Source: an uncultured archaeon
GTDB taxonomy: Archaea > Thermoplasmatota > Thermoplasmata > Thermoplasmatales > Thermoplasmataceae
Length of the DNA stretch: 64,000 nt
Assembly (NCBI GenBank): GCA_000965745.1
Contig: CP009479.1
Coordinates: 1,472,001-1,536,000, forward strand
Direction: 5' to 3'
The translations under genes were made by a program, and so were the position numbers. This document shows, one piece after another, positions 1 to 10,109 of the stretch (position 1 is the first letter of the stretch; each line of letters begins with the position of its first letter). The notes below the pieces were generated by a model. That model was given only the letters and a program-made list of their open reading frames with translations. It was not told the DNA's origin and made no database searches.

Positions 1-73
1 TGCTTCCCACGACTTCGACTATGTTGGTCGGAGCAACAAAAATTGTATTTTTTGAGCCTTTTTGCCTTGCCAT
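1..73 (-). CDS. N-terminal part of a gene running off the window (MARQKGSKNTIFVAPTNIVEVVGS...), possibly ribosomal protein S28e-like
   Basis: Manual translation. PTNIVEVVGS resembles the S28e start (P-x-x-hydrophobic-hydrophobic-E-hydrophobic-hydrophobic-G), but only 24 codons are visible. Confidence 0.3.
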   Translation of the reverse strand, partial: MARQKGSKNTIFVAPTNIVEVVGS

Positions 74-272
74 ACAGATCATCAGGTTAATTGCGGTGAT
101 TGGGAATTGGTTACTCACATATAAATTCCAGTCATACTAGGTTTATTACGCTCAATGTGCCCTTGCATCAGGTAATCTCTCGGGGCAGTGCATTTATACC
201 ATTTCTCCTGCAAACATGCATATATCTCTTTTCACTATATGGTTACAGAACCGAATGTTGCCCACGTTCCAT

Positions 273-346
273 GCCCGAGTGGGGTAGTCTGGATATCCTC
301 GAGGCCCGCGGAGCCTCAGAGCCGGGTTCAAATCCCGGCTCGGGCA
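273..346 (+). tRNA. tRNA-Arg(GCG)
   Basis: Cloverleaf: acceptor GCCCGAG/CTCGGGC, anticodon stem GAGGC/GCCTC, loop CCGCGGA, T-loop TTCAAAT. No encoded CCA. Confidence 0.92.
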
Positions 347-483
347 TCATAATAAAAGCTTGTTTCCAGCATAAATTCTTAAGTATTTACTGTCAGGGCA
401 TTTGCAAACGGTTCATTACTGCCTCAGTTAACAATTAGGATTCCTGCTTATATATGCCTTTCAGAATAAGTAATTGCATAGAT

Positions 484-762
484 ATGTCAGAGCGTGAAGA
501 GGAAAGAACCAGGATCACAGGAGAGCAGAAAAGCAAGGGTCCGGGAATAACCAGCAGGTCTCAAATGAGGCTTGTGATAGCATCAATTCTGTCGGTCATT
601 GCATGGGCTGTTTTCATACTTGTTTTCGCACTAGCATGGTCCGGAAGATTCAGCATTTTCCAGAACATAATTGTGACTATTGTCAGTCTGTTCATAACCG
701 GGCTTGTGATAGGGCTTGTATGGGTAATCTGGGGTTCCAAAGAAAGCTGGAATGTACGGTAG
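484..762 (+). CDS. small membrane protein (2 TM helices)
   Basis: Charged N-terminus followed by two hydrophobic segments. Start placed at ATG 484. Confidence 0.7.
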   Translation: MSEREEERTRITGEQKSKGPGITSRSQMRLVIASILSVIAWAVFILVFALAWSGRFSIFQNIIVTIVSLFITGLVIGLVWVIWGSKESWNVR

Positions 763-835
763 GCAGAACCGGTTCGACCTCCCGTGGATATTGTCCTAGC
801 AAGTCAATTATATTCCACACTCATTTAAGTTACAT

Positions 836-2416
836 ATGCAGACACGTTCAACCGTTATGGCAAGCAACGCTGTTGTTACAAGCTCACACCAACTTGCTTC
901 ATTTCACGGAGCCGATGTTATCAGGAACGGCGGGAATGTTTTTGATGCGTTGATTACAACAAGCTCAGTGCTCACTGTTGTACAGAATAACCTGTGTGGC
1001 ATCGGAGGTGACCTGTTCGCACTCCTTCGTGGAAAAGATGGGGTTATAAGGGAGATAAACGGCAGCGGAAGAGCTTCCAGAAACGCAACAATTGATTTTT
1101 ACAGGAGGAGTGGCATGGATGAAATTCCCGACAGGGGCCCATTGGCAGGAATAACTGTTCCAGGAATAGTGGACGCATGGGGGGAAATCAACAGCAAATA
1201 CGGATCTATGGAAATATCCGACCTCCTGAAACCCGCGATCGAGATTGCAGAGTACGGATACCCTCTCACAAGAAAGTATGTTCAGTCAATAAAAGGGACC
1301 GCCAGGTTTCTATCGGACCAGAAAGGCTGGTCTTCCCTCTTCATGCCCAACGGGAGAATTCCCGGCGAGGGTGAAGTATTCAAGCAGAGGCATCTCGCAG
1401 AATCCTTAAAAATGATAGCTGAGGAGGGGCATGAAACATTCTACAGGGGCAGGCTTATGGAGAAAATTGTCAAGGGTACAAAAGAGAATGGTGGCATATT
1501 TGACGAGGAAGATTTCAGAAAGCATTATTCCACCTGGGACACGCCCTTGATGACAAGTTATCACGGTGTGGATGTCTACGAGACATACCCAAATACGCAG
1601 GGCGCTGCGATAATACTCTGGCTTAACCTTCTCGAACTCTATGGCGGGGACATCATGAACCAGCCAGAGAGCAAGACCCTGCCAATACTGCTGAAAACCG
1701 GTCTGAGGGCATATATGGCCAGATCGCTGTATATAACTGACCCTGCTTTTCATGACCTTCCCCGGGGATTTGAATCCAAGGATTTTGCTGAGATGATAAT
1801 GAACGAGCCTGTGGAAGAATGGAAGGCTCCGCCTGGGATTAAGGACAAAGGGGATACCACATATTTCTGCCTTACCGACAGGGAGGGAAATAGCGCATCT
1901 GTTATTCAGAGCAACTACATGGGCTTTGGATCAGGGCTATCACCCACAAAAACTGGTTTCATAATCCATAACAGGGGATCTTATTTTTCCCTCGACCCGG
2001 ATCACCACAATTCACTGCAGCCCGGAAAAAGGACTTTCCATACTTTGTGCGCAGCCATGGGCATAAAGGACGGCGAGATGTCATTCATAGCAGGGACAAT
2101 GGGTGGAGATATTCAGCCCCAGGTCAACGTGCAGCTGATTAACCGCATTGTAGACAGGGGGATGGACGTGCAGGATGCTCTAGATCATCCAAGGTGGGCT
2201 TTCTTTGGGACAATATATGAAAAGCCGTCAGTTCTTAGTGTTGAAGAGTCCCTCGCAGGCAGCATCAAGGGTGTTGATACTCAGGGGTTGAAGCTTGAAA
2301 AAATACCAGACATGTCATCAAGCACTGGGCACGCCCAGGCAATCGTTTTCGGAAAAAAGGGGGGGCTGTATGCAGGATCGGACCCAAGGGGAGACGGAAT
2401 CGCATCAGGATTCTGA
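836..2416 (+). CDS. ggt: gamma-glutamyltransferase family protein
   Basis: GIGGD, VPG..DAW, catalytic Thr in GDTTYF, PGKRTFHT, GGDIQPQ, DPRGDG motifs. Confidence 0.95.
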   Translation: MQTRSTVMASNAVVTSSHQLASFHGADVIRNGGNVFDALITTSSVLTVVQNNLCGIGGDLFALLRGKDGVIREINGSGRASRNATIDFYRRSGMDEIPDRGPLAGITVPGIVDAWGEINSKYGSMEISDLLKPAIEIAEYGYPLTRKYVQSIKGTARFLSDQKGWSSLFMPNGRIPGEGEVFKQRHLAESLKMIAEEGHETFYRGRLMEKIVKGTKENGGIFDEEDFRKHYSTWDTPLMTSYHGVDVYETYPNTQGAAIILWLNLLELYGGDIMNQPESKTLPILLKTGLRAYMARSLYITDPAFHDLPRGFESKDFAEMIMNEPVEEWKAPPGIKDKGDTTYFCLTDREGNSASVIQSNYMGFGSGLSPTKTGFIIHNRGSYFSLDPDHHNSLQPGKRTFHTLCAAMGIKDGEMSFIAGTMGGDIQPQVNVQLINRIVDRGMDVQDALDHPRWAFFGTIYEKPSVLSVEESLAGSIKGVDTQGLKLEKIPDMSSSTGHAQAIVFGKKGGLYAGSDPRGDGIASGF

Positions 2417-2574
2417 ATATTCTACATACCCGATTAAACGAAAATAACCAGCTCGACTGTCCACGGAAAAAAAGGTGCGTTACGTCAAAAACTATACAAA
2501 CTGTGAAGAGGATTGCGGCATGGTATGCTCCCAGAACGTAATAGAACTAACGGGCGAGATACTTCCCGATCAGC

Positions 2575-2775
2575 ATCCACGGCAAAACCCAAATGCCTGA
2601 GCGAGTATGAAAAACCATTGCCTGAAATGAAAATCCATTACCGAAGGCCATAGCAGAAACATGCTTGCTGAAAATAAAAGTGCCAGGACTGAAGCAGAAA
2701 CGATCCTTATTTCGTTGACGAATCTCTTCTAGTGTGGCCGGTCACGTCATCGCCGGCACATTTGGATGGTATCAC
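2575..2775 (+). pseudogene. possible highly decayed IS630-like transposase remnant
   Basis: Short frame fragments AKPKCLSE, MKIHYRRP and YFVDES occur in the same order as GKPAKLS, MKYSKP and FLDES of the IS630 at 32.5-33.6 kb. Confidence 0.25.
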
Positions 2776-3144
2776 TCCACAAGAAGGCGATCTTCAGGTC
2801 AGAATGCGGCCGATTTTTCCTTGAGGCAACTGTTTTAGCCTCTTTATTGAGGTACTTTGACAAATAGTGCTAAAAGTAAGGCTCTTAATTTAAATACTGA
2901 CAATCTGTATTTATTTACATGCCTGGTGACTCATATGTGCAACAAGTGTTTGATAGAGGAGGAATGTGTCTGCTTGAAAGAGGCCATGGCAAATCTGAAG
3001 TCAAAAGACGGGGCAGACTTCATACGAGACTTTTTGAGTAGGAAACGGGAAGGCCGAAAGAGCCTTTAGCTTCCCAATCACATATACTGGACTTACTCTT
3101 TCCGACGAGAGGTTTAACAACAACCAGCTATTATTAATAATCAC

Positions 3145-3933
3145 ATGTCAAAGGATCTGGAATCGGGCACAGGAAACAACCGTTCAGAAAATGTACTCCC
3201 TCCGTATGATCTTGAGATTGAGTCCTCACTGACCGGTAGAGTCAACCTCCTGCGCAATGCGCTCAAATTCAAGACAGTTTCAGGAAGCCCCTGCATTGTG
3301 TACGGTCATGATCATCCGATTCTTTACATTCCTGCTGATACTGTAAGGGAGGACCTTCCCGGCTATATAGGCACTGTATCAAAATCCCTCTATTTTCTGG
3401 CAATAAATGGTGGAAAAATCTCATGCCCCAAATGCCTGACAATTCTGTCCTCTCAATTCAGCTCTGCCCAATCGGGCAGCAGGACGGTGAAGGATTACGT
3501 CGGAGATCCTGAACTGCTGCAGCGCACCAGGCATCGTTACTCCTCCTCACACAACAGGTGGAGAAGGAACGTTCTGAAATCTTCCGGAAATAGTTGTAGT
3601 GTGTGCTCTGACAGTGAAAACCTTGAGCTTGCGCACATCACATCCGTGGAGGACTTCTTTTACAGGTACAAGAAAGGCAGATGGCTCAGATATCCGAACG
3701 CAAAATATCTCGGCGTGGAATACTCCTACAGGGAGGACAATCTCTCAATTCTCTGCAGGAGATGCCATGATGCCCAGACAGCTTCCTGGGACTTATTATG
3801 CGCTTTGGATGAACCTGACAAATTCCTTGAGGTTATCCACAGAAAGCACAAGGTAACGGATCTGTTTGAAAACATTATGGAAAGAAGAGGCTGGAGATCT
3901 GCCGAGGACCTCTTCCAGAGTAGGCTGTTCTAA
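3145..3933 (+). CDS. HNH endonuclease-domain protein with extra CxxC
   Basis: CSVC...LELAHI...NLSILCRRCHD (Zn-binding HNH signature) and an additional CPKC. Confidence 0.8.
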   Translation: MSKDLESGTGNNRSENVLPPYDLEIESSLTGRVNLLRNALKFKTVSGSPCIVYGHDHPILYIPADTVREDLPGYIGTVSKSLYFLAINGGKISCPKCLTILSSQFSSAQSGSRTVKDYVGDPELLQRTRHRYSSSHNRWRRNVLKSSGNSCSVCSDSENLELAHITSVEDFFYRYKKGRWLRYPNAKYLGVEYSYREDNLSILCRRCHDAQTASWDLLCALDEPDKFLEVIHRKHKVTDLFENIMERRGWRSAEDLFQSRLF

Positions 3934-3952
3934 AAAACTCCAATGTACGGCA

Positions 3953-4705
3953 TTATCCGTACATGGTTTCAACGGGTCCCTTTTCCCCTTTCTTCATGAA
4001 TTTCTTGTACTGGTCCATGAGCTCATTCAACTGATCGTGAAATTCCTTCACATTTTCTTCCAGTATTCCCGTATCAATCCTGAACTTGAACACTGAATTT
4101 ACTGTCTGAATGAGTGAGAGCACTGCACCGGGATCTGGAATATTTATTGACGCCGGTGTGATAAGAGAAGTCCCCGCAACCTTTCTTGCAAGGCATTCAT
4201 TGAGCATGGCCCCTCCCATTCCTGTAATCAGGGCTGAATGGGCTGCCTCGATTCCATTCTTTGTAAACTGCTCGATTCTTCTTTCATTTGCTATGCAGTA
4301 GACCTTGTGTTCCTTGACGATCTCACCAGTTGGTGCACCCTCAAGCACTACAATTTCCTGCGGATTCTTGTCTTCCATCCAGTCCATCATTGCCTGTGAT
4401 ACTTCGTAAAGTCCATCGTCATCTATGGGGACCTCACATATCATCACAACGAGTGTACCACCTTTGTTTGTATATATCCTGAAAGGGGTCCTCAGTTTCT
4501 TGCCAATGAAGACTGCCATCGGCGGGATATGTGGCGATCTTACATGTCCAATCTGATGGAGCCCCATCCGCTCAATTATGTAACTTGCAGCAATGAATCC
4601 AGTAAGCGTGGGCCCAACAAACCCGCCGAGTACGACCGGGCTGTTGAAATCAGCCTTTTCAAGCTCCACAACAGTAGTGTCAAAAATATCTCTATGCCTC
4701 ACCAT
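3953..4705 (-). CDS. PAC2-family proteasome assembly chaperone
   Basis: GFVGPTLTGFIA, PFRIY, ITGMGG, PDPGA motifs; C-terminal MYG. Confidence 0.88.
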   Translation of the reverse strand: MVRHRDIFDTTVVELEKADFNSPVVLGGFVGPTLTGFIAASYIIERMGLHQIGHVRSPHIPPMAVFIGKKLRTPFRIYTNKGGTLVVMICEVPIDDDGLYEVSQAMMDWMEDKNPQEIVVLEGAPTGEIVKEHKVYCIANERRIEQFTKNGIEAAHSALITGMGGAMLNECLARKVAGTSLITPASINIPDPGAVLSLIQTVNSVFKFRIDTGILEENVKEFHDQLNELMDQYKKFMKKGEKGPVETMYG

Positions 4706-4960
4706 GGTTACTCAACATAATCAATTTGAAGATGGTTAAAAAGTATTCTCCCTAATTGATACATGCATTATTCCTCTCATCCTCTACCTGCCCGTGCTAA
4801 AATGCCACTACAGTTTGCTCTATGGTCTCCAAGGGGCGAAATGTGCTTTGCCCACATGATGTTAATAATATACATTATGTTCAAATTCTTGTGCAGGTAC
4901 GATAGTATGTCTTTATGCAAGATATAAAGCTTTTAAATAACATCTAGATACAGAAGTAAT

Positions 4961-7900
4961 ATGGAGGCCCGATTCAAATCAATACTTATGGCAGCAATAT
5001 TCCTTGCTGCTGTGCCTGCCGGGTCCTCTCTTCTTTTCTCGAATCATACGGTAACTGCAGGCGTATCGGGCCAGGGTACCGGAACAGATGGCAACATCTC
5101 TGTCGCAGATTTTCTGAACCTTCTTGGCCACAGGTCAAATGGCACAGGAAGCCTGAATTATTCTATTACCAGCTATTATCAGGCCTTATCAGAAAAATAC
5201 CCTTCTCTCTCTAATTTCTCTGGGGCACCTGCATCAAATAATGTGGAATTCCAGGAAAGCGGCCTCCCAACGAATTCAACATGGTATGTATCACTGAACG
5301 GGATGAATTACTCCACAAATGAAACGTCCCAAACCTTATCACTACCTTCCGGAACCTATAGCTATCAAGCCGGGTCCTCCAGCTCGTATATGGCAAGGAA
5401 TCCCGCCGGGAGCTTAAATGTAACAGGAACTGAACTTCAGATTAACATCAGTTTCGAATCATCCCTTTCTGTAAAATACACCCTCTCATTGAAGAACGGA
5501 ACCTTGGTGAAGGGCAACTCAGCACCTTTGAACAGTACAAATTCACCAATCGGAATTCTTAGTGACCCGGTAAACAACTACACTTACGTTACTGATTCAT
5601 CAACGAATTTAGTGTATGTTATTGATCAGTCAGGAAGCATTATTGACCGGATCACTGTCGGCCAGAACCCAAGCCAGTTAGTGTTTGACAACAATAATGG
5701 ATACATCTACGTAACCAACTCAGGCTCCAACAACGTTTCTGTCATAAATGGGTCCAACAATGTTGTTGCATCCATAAGTGTCGGCGAGTTTCCTTTTGGA
5801 ATTGCGTACGACTCCTCAAACAACTACCTCTATGTTGCAAATGTTTTTTCCAGCAGCGTTAGCATTATCGGGTCATATTCAAATAACGCCGGAGAAGTGG
5901 TTGCAAATGTTCGGCTTCCGTCGGATTTTCTTCCGTTTTCATCAGTGTATGACAAGTCTGCAGGGATGGTATACTTCTCCAACGTCAATGGTAACCAGAT
6001 TGCAGAGGTTCAGGGAACCGAGCTTGCAGGATACATTACCGTAAAAGGGTCCCCAGCCATGATGGCATACGACGGGGTGAATGGAAACGTCTACGTCACT
6101 GATGCACAGACATCTGCAAGCACAGGTTATGGCTATCTTTCTGTCATTGGGAGCAGCGGCACAGTAAAAGCGAACATAACTATCCCCGGATCTGTTAACC
6201 CATTCGGCATCACCTACGACCAGAACAGAAACCTGATCTATATTTCTGACGCAAACTCCAACCAGATGATTGTTTTCAACCCTGACAACAGCCAGTTCAT
6301 CAACAGGATAAATGTTGGTTCTGAACCATATGGGGTATCTGTGAGCCAAACAGGGAACTCTGTGGAAATATCCAATTTCAATTCCGGGACAGTCTCATTT
6401 CTGGGATATGCCGGAGCCGTCCGTGCTGTTACATTCCTGGAATCCGGCCTCCCCTCCGGGACTCCCTGGGCGGTTTCAGTCAGGAACACCAGCCTGAGCT
6501 CCTCCACCGGCAGTATAATGTTCAATGAAACTCCTGGGCATTACACCTTCAGCCCCTCACATATAGATGGCTACAAACTCGGCATAAATACAAATTCCTT
6601 CAATCTTTCAGGTAAGAATCTTGTAATCCTGGTTACATACCAGAAACTGTTTCAAGTGAACATATCTGAATCTGGCCTGTCATCAGGTTCCCCCTGGGGA
6701 TTCACCCTTGATGGGAGTACCTACAGCACCTATGCCACCTACCTCAACCTGCCTCTTGTGAATGGCACTTATTCCCTTGTGCCTTATGCCCCATCTGCAA
6801 ACTTCACAGCTGGATCTACTGATTTCACTGTAAATGGTGCGAATATTTCTGTTAACATCCAATATGTCAGGGCATACTCCCTGAACTTTACAGAGTCCGG
6901 CCTGAAAGGAGGCACCCTGTGGTCAGTTGTGGTAAATGGAACCAAGCATACCAGCCAAACCGGGACAATTCACATGATGCTTACGAAGGGGGTATACAAT
7001 TTCACGGTGCTGAATGTAAAAGGCTACTCACTATCAAACAAGACAGGTCGGGTACAGGTAACTGGAAGCTCAAATGATGTGTTCATCAAATTCAGGGCCC
7101 TGTTCAGCGTGGAGTTCATCGAGAATGGCCTTTACCCCCACACTCAATGGAATGCAACCCTGAACGGGACAAGCAGGAATGCATCAGCCGACACCATAAG
7201 TTTTCTCGCAGTTAACGGAACATACCAATTCACGCTTGGAGTGCCGGAAGGCTATCTTATTGACAGGAACAGCGGCACCGTGGAGGTTTCAGGAGCCAAT
7301 GTAACAGTCACGGTGCATTACACAAGGCTCTACAACACAACTATAACAGAAAAAGGGCTGGCAAGGGGAACAGGCTGGTGGGCAGAAATTGGCGGCTTGA
7401 ACCTCACTGGTAACGGCACTCAAATTCATTCCAGTCTGACTAATGGGACATACACGTACAAGGTCTCCAAAGTTCCGGGCTACAAGCTTGTTAACGGTTC
7501 AGGCTCCTTCACCATATCCGGGAACAAAGCATATGTCGCTGTGTCGTATGAGAAGATCTACGCAATCAGATTTGTTGAGTCAGGCCTTCCCTCTATCTAC
7601 TCATGGTCTGTCCTGTTCAATGGATCAGAATATAACATCAGGGGAAACTCCACGTTTATCCAGGCAATAAATGGGTCATACAATTACAGTATAGGATCAG
7701 TCTCACAATATGTTCCAACAAATCCTGGTGGAATAGTAAACGTATCAGGATCGAATGTTACGGTCTCCCTCACCTTCATAAAGATGATGGGCACTCTCAA
7801 CTTCACAGAGAGGAATGCGCCTGCGGGGGCGGAATGGTACATTCTCTTGAATGGAACATACTATCACTCCTCACAGAACGGCTCATTATACATTAAGGAG

Positions 7901-8512
7901 CATCAGGGCAACTACACTTATGTTGCCAACTACACTATTTACGGCCTTAACATAACAGTTCAGGGAAATGTCAGTGTAGGCTCCGGAAAAATGCAGGTAG
8001 TCATCGACTTCCCGGAACTCTACAAAGTCAAGTTCAAGGAAAACGGGCTCAGGGACAAATCCTGGTGGGCCATAAACATGAGTGGATACAGTATTTCATC
8101 CTATGGCGACAGTATCATCTTCACACTTCCAAACGGCACTTACAATTTCTCAGTTTATGATTCGTCGCATCAGAGTTTCAACGTTGTAATCCAGTACTGG
8201 GGGCAGGGGGAAGGAGACTACACGGCGTCCGCAATGGTGTCATCCAGCCATAGCGCAAGCCACATTTCTCAACCGCTTATGGTAAACGGGAAAAACATCA
8301 CTGTAAAAGTGCTGTTCAACGAATCGCACGACCACCACCACACCCGCCATCATGGATGGAGGGAGACGTTGAATTCAATCGAACAGGCAGTGATTCAGTA
8401 TGTTGTATATCTTGAAGAGGTCGTCCAGATGGCTATTTCAACCATCACTGTCTCGCTGAAAGTGTATTTCTCCATTGCAATCCCGGGCTTATCAAGCATT
8501 CCACTGTCATGA
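4961..8512 (+). CDS. large secreted surface glycoprotein: YVTN-type beta-propeller plus tandem thermopsin-associated Ig-like repeats
   Basis: Signal peptide, YVTN/YVAN repeats, multiple F-x-E-S-G-L-P...W-x-V repeats, many N-x-S/T sequons. Confidence 0.88.
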   Translation: MEARFKSILMAAIFLAAVPAGSSLLFSNHTVTAGVSGQGTGTDGNISVADFLNLLGHRSNGTGSLNYSITSYYQALSEKYPSLSNFSGAPASNNVEFQESGLPTNSTWYVSLNGMNYSTNETSQTLSLPSGTYSYQAGSSSSYMARNPAGSLNVTGTELQINISFESSLSVKYTLSLKNGTLVKGNSAPLNSTNSPIGILSDPVNNYTYVTDSSTNLVYVIDQSGSIIDRITVGQNPSQLVFDNNNGYIYVTNSGSNNVSVINGSNNVVASISVGEFPFGIAYDSSNNYLYVANVFSSSVSIIGSYSNNAGEVVANVRLPSDFLPFSSVYDKSAGMVYFSNVNGNQIAEVQGTELAGYITVKGSPAMMAYDGVNGNVYVTDAQTSASTGYGYLSVIGSSGTVKANITIPGSVNPFGITYDQNRNLIYISDANSNQMIVFNPDNSQFINRINVGSEPYGVSVSQTGNSVEISNFNSGTVSFLGYAGAVRAVTFLESGLPSGTPWAVSVRNTSLSSSTGSIMFNETPGHYTFSPSHIDGYKLGINTNSFNLSGKNLVILVTYQKLFQVNISESGLSSGSPWGFTLDGSTYSTYATYLNLPLVNGTYSLVPYAPSANFTAGSTDFTVNGANISVNIQYVRAYSLNFTESGLKGGTLWSVVVNGTKHTSQTGTIHMMLTKGVYNFTVLNVKGYSLSNKTGRVQVTGSSNDVFIKFRALFSVEFIENGLYPHTQWNATLNGTSRNASADTISFLAVNGTYQFTLGVPEGYLIDRNSGTVEVSGANVTVTVHYTRLYNTTITEKGLARGTGWWAEIGGLNLTGNGTQIHSSLTNGTYTYKVSKVPGYKLVNGSGSFTISGNKAYVAVSYEKIYAIRFVESGLPSIYSWSVLFNGSEYNIRGNSTFIQAINGSYNYSIGSVSQYVPTNPGGIVNVSGSNVTVSLTFIKMMGTLNFTERNAPAGAEWYILLNGTYYHSSQNGSLYIKEHQGNYTYVANYTIYGLNITVQGNVSVGSGKMQVVIDFPELYKVKFKENGLRDKSWWAINMSGYSISSYGDSIIFTLPNGTYNFSVYDSSHQSFNVVIQYWGQGEGDYTASAMVSSSHSASHISQPLMVNGKNITVKVLFNESHDHHHTRHHGWRETLNSIEQAVIQYVVYLEEVVQMAISTITVSLKVYFSIAIPGLSSIPLS

Positions 8513-8532
8513 TTCATTCTTCAAAAACAGGC

Positions 8533-9414
8533 TCAAAGTCCGCCCAGGATTGTAAGAAGTATGTTGTACGCTGTAACGGCTATGAAAAAGGCGTAGGAAA
8601 CAACGGATGAATAAAAGGCTAGTTTGAAGAGGATGCCCTTGTCCTTGAACAGGGATATGAGGAATGTGATGCTCAGGATAAGTATTCCAAGGACAGAGTA
8701 TATCATTACTTCCCCGCTGTAGGTGTACACATGGAACCAGTTGAATGACGGCGTCAGAAGTGACAGTGAAAAAACGCCCATAACAGTAAGCATCACCAGG
8801 GAAACTCTCTTTCTTGAGGTTCCTATAAAAAGGAACAGTGACGCAATTGTCCCCTCGAAAATCGTGATGGAAAGGACAATTATGATGGTCAGGTTAACAG
8901 TGAGGGAGGCAAAGTGGGGTATGAATATGAATATCTTCTGGTACGGCGTCAACAAGAGCAGTACTCCAGCCCATACCGCTATTGCGAAGAGGGCCGAATA
9001 TGCATCATATATGCCCCGCCTGTAGAACAGTTCAGGGAATTTTACCCTGCTGCTTGGCGCCTTGAACGCGAACCTGTTCTTTCTGACATACTCGGCGGAA
9101 GAATACAAGCTTGAGCTTTTGATGAATCCGCTTCTTAGGTCTGAACCCGGAAGGTCTGAACTTAAAGAGCCCGCAGAATGGATTATGTTCATTGTAGTTA
9201 TCCTGGCAATAACCTTCTCCAGGGAAGAAAAAAAGCTCATTCCAATGAGTTCAAAATGTGAATGGAGGGGGTTGCGAAATTGTATCAGGCTGAATTCCGG
9301 CTTGCTGTAAAACCTTCTTCTCCTCAAGTTTGAAAATACATATAATGCAACCAGTGTTGCGATTATGTATTGAGGTATAAACGATACAAGATTGTTCAGA
9401 TCCGGAGTCGGCAT
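8533..9414 (-). CDS. polytopic membrane protein of unknown function
   Basis: One N-terminal TM, a soluble loop, then about 5 TMs. Third gene of a co-oriented cluster. Confidence 0.75.
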   Translation of the reverse strand: MPTPDLNNLVSFIPQYIIATLVALYVFSNLRRRRFYSKPEFSLIQFRNPLHSHFELIGMSFFSSLEKVIARITTMNIIHSAGSLSSDLPGSDLRSGFIKSSSLYSSAEYVRKNRFAFKAPSSRVKFPELFYRRGIYDAYSALFAIAVWAGVLLLLTPYQKIFIFIPHFASLTVNLTIIIVLSITIFEGTIASLFLFIGTSRKRVSLVMLTVMGVFSLSLLTPSFNWFHVYTYSGEVMIYSVLGILILSITFLISLFKDKGILFKLAFYSSVVSYAFFIAVTAYNILLTILGGL

Positions 9415-9464
9415 CTTACATCTTCTCCCTTATTCATCTCTTTCCCACCAACCACTCTGCCATG

Positions 9465-10097
9465 TCAGAAGATCTGTTCCGTTATTGCTATGTTGACGGT
9501 CTCATCTGTATGGACCGAGCCACCGGTGGAGTTTGCAAAGCTGACAACATTGAGACTTAGGTATACGTAGTAGTACTGGATTATTTTGCTTGAAGTGGTG
9601 TAGGGGCTGAATGATATTGAAAAATTCAATGGTGTTGAAACTCCGATCTTGACAGGAATCCCGTAGTTGGAGAGGGATCCGTTGCTGAAATTCAGTTCTA
9701 GCTGGCCGGGTGATCCTGACTGGTTGAGGTATAATTTAAGCTTTGACAGGTGAGAATTGCCACTCATCTGTGTCACTTCCACGTATGAGTAAGCATCGAC
9801 ATTGCTGTAAAGTTCCTGGGAGATGAATCCGTAGATATTCTTGGGACTGCTGGTATTCGAAAGTTTCCATGTCCCGCTCATGGATACATTTGCAACATTG
9901 CCGTAACTGTTTATCTCCACATTGGAGGAAGGAAGAGATGAGGTATTGTTGGAAAGCTGGATGAAAGGCTTCACGCTGTGAGTCTGCAGTGAGAGTTGGT
10001 TGTTAACAATAACACTGCCGTATGCCGGTATTATCATTACCAGCATTCCCGTAACGGCCAATGCAGATGCTAATGTTTTCCAGCCTGCCATCTTCAC
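9465..10097 (-). CDS. secreted beta-rich protein (putative filament subunit)
   Basis: Class I signal peptide, mature start SVIVNN, Ser/Asn-rich. Confidence 0.7.
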   Translation of the reverse strand: MKMAGWKTLASALAVTGMLVMIIPAYGSVIVNNQLSLQTHSVKPFIQLSNNTSSLPSSNVEINSYGNVANVSMSGTWKLSNTSSPKNIYGFISQELYSNVDAYSYVEVTQMSGNSHLSKLKLYLNQSGSPGQLELNFSNGSLSNYGIPVKIGVSTPLNFSISFSPYTTSSKIIQYYYVYLSLNVVSFANSTGGSVHTDETVNIAITEQIF

Positions 10098-10109
10098 CCT
10101 TACCCTAGA

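Noticed and set aside
100-438. 112-aa ORF
   Set aside because: It overlaps tRNA-Arg and its promoter, so it is spurious.
2580-2710. Weak periodic CTGAA...AAA..CC repeats upstream of the HNH gene
   Set aside because: Too degenerate and irregular to distinguish from A-rich background.
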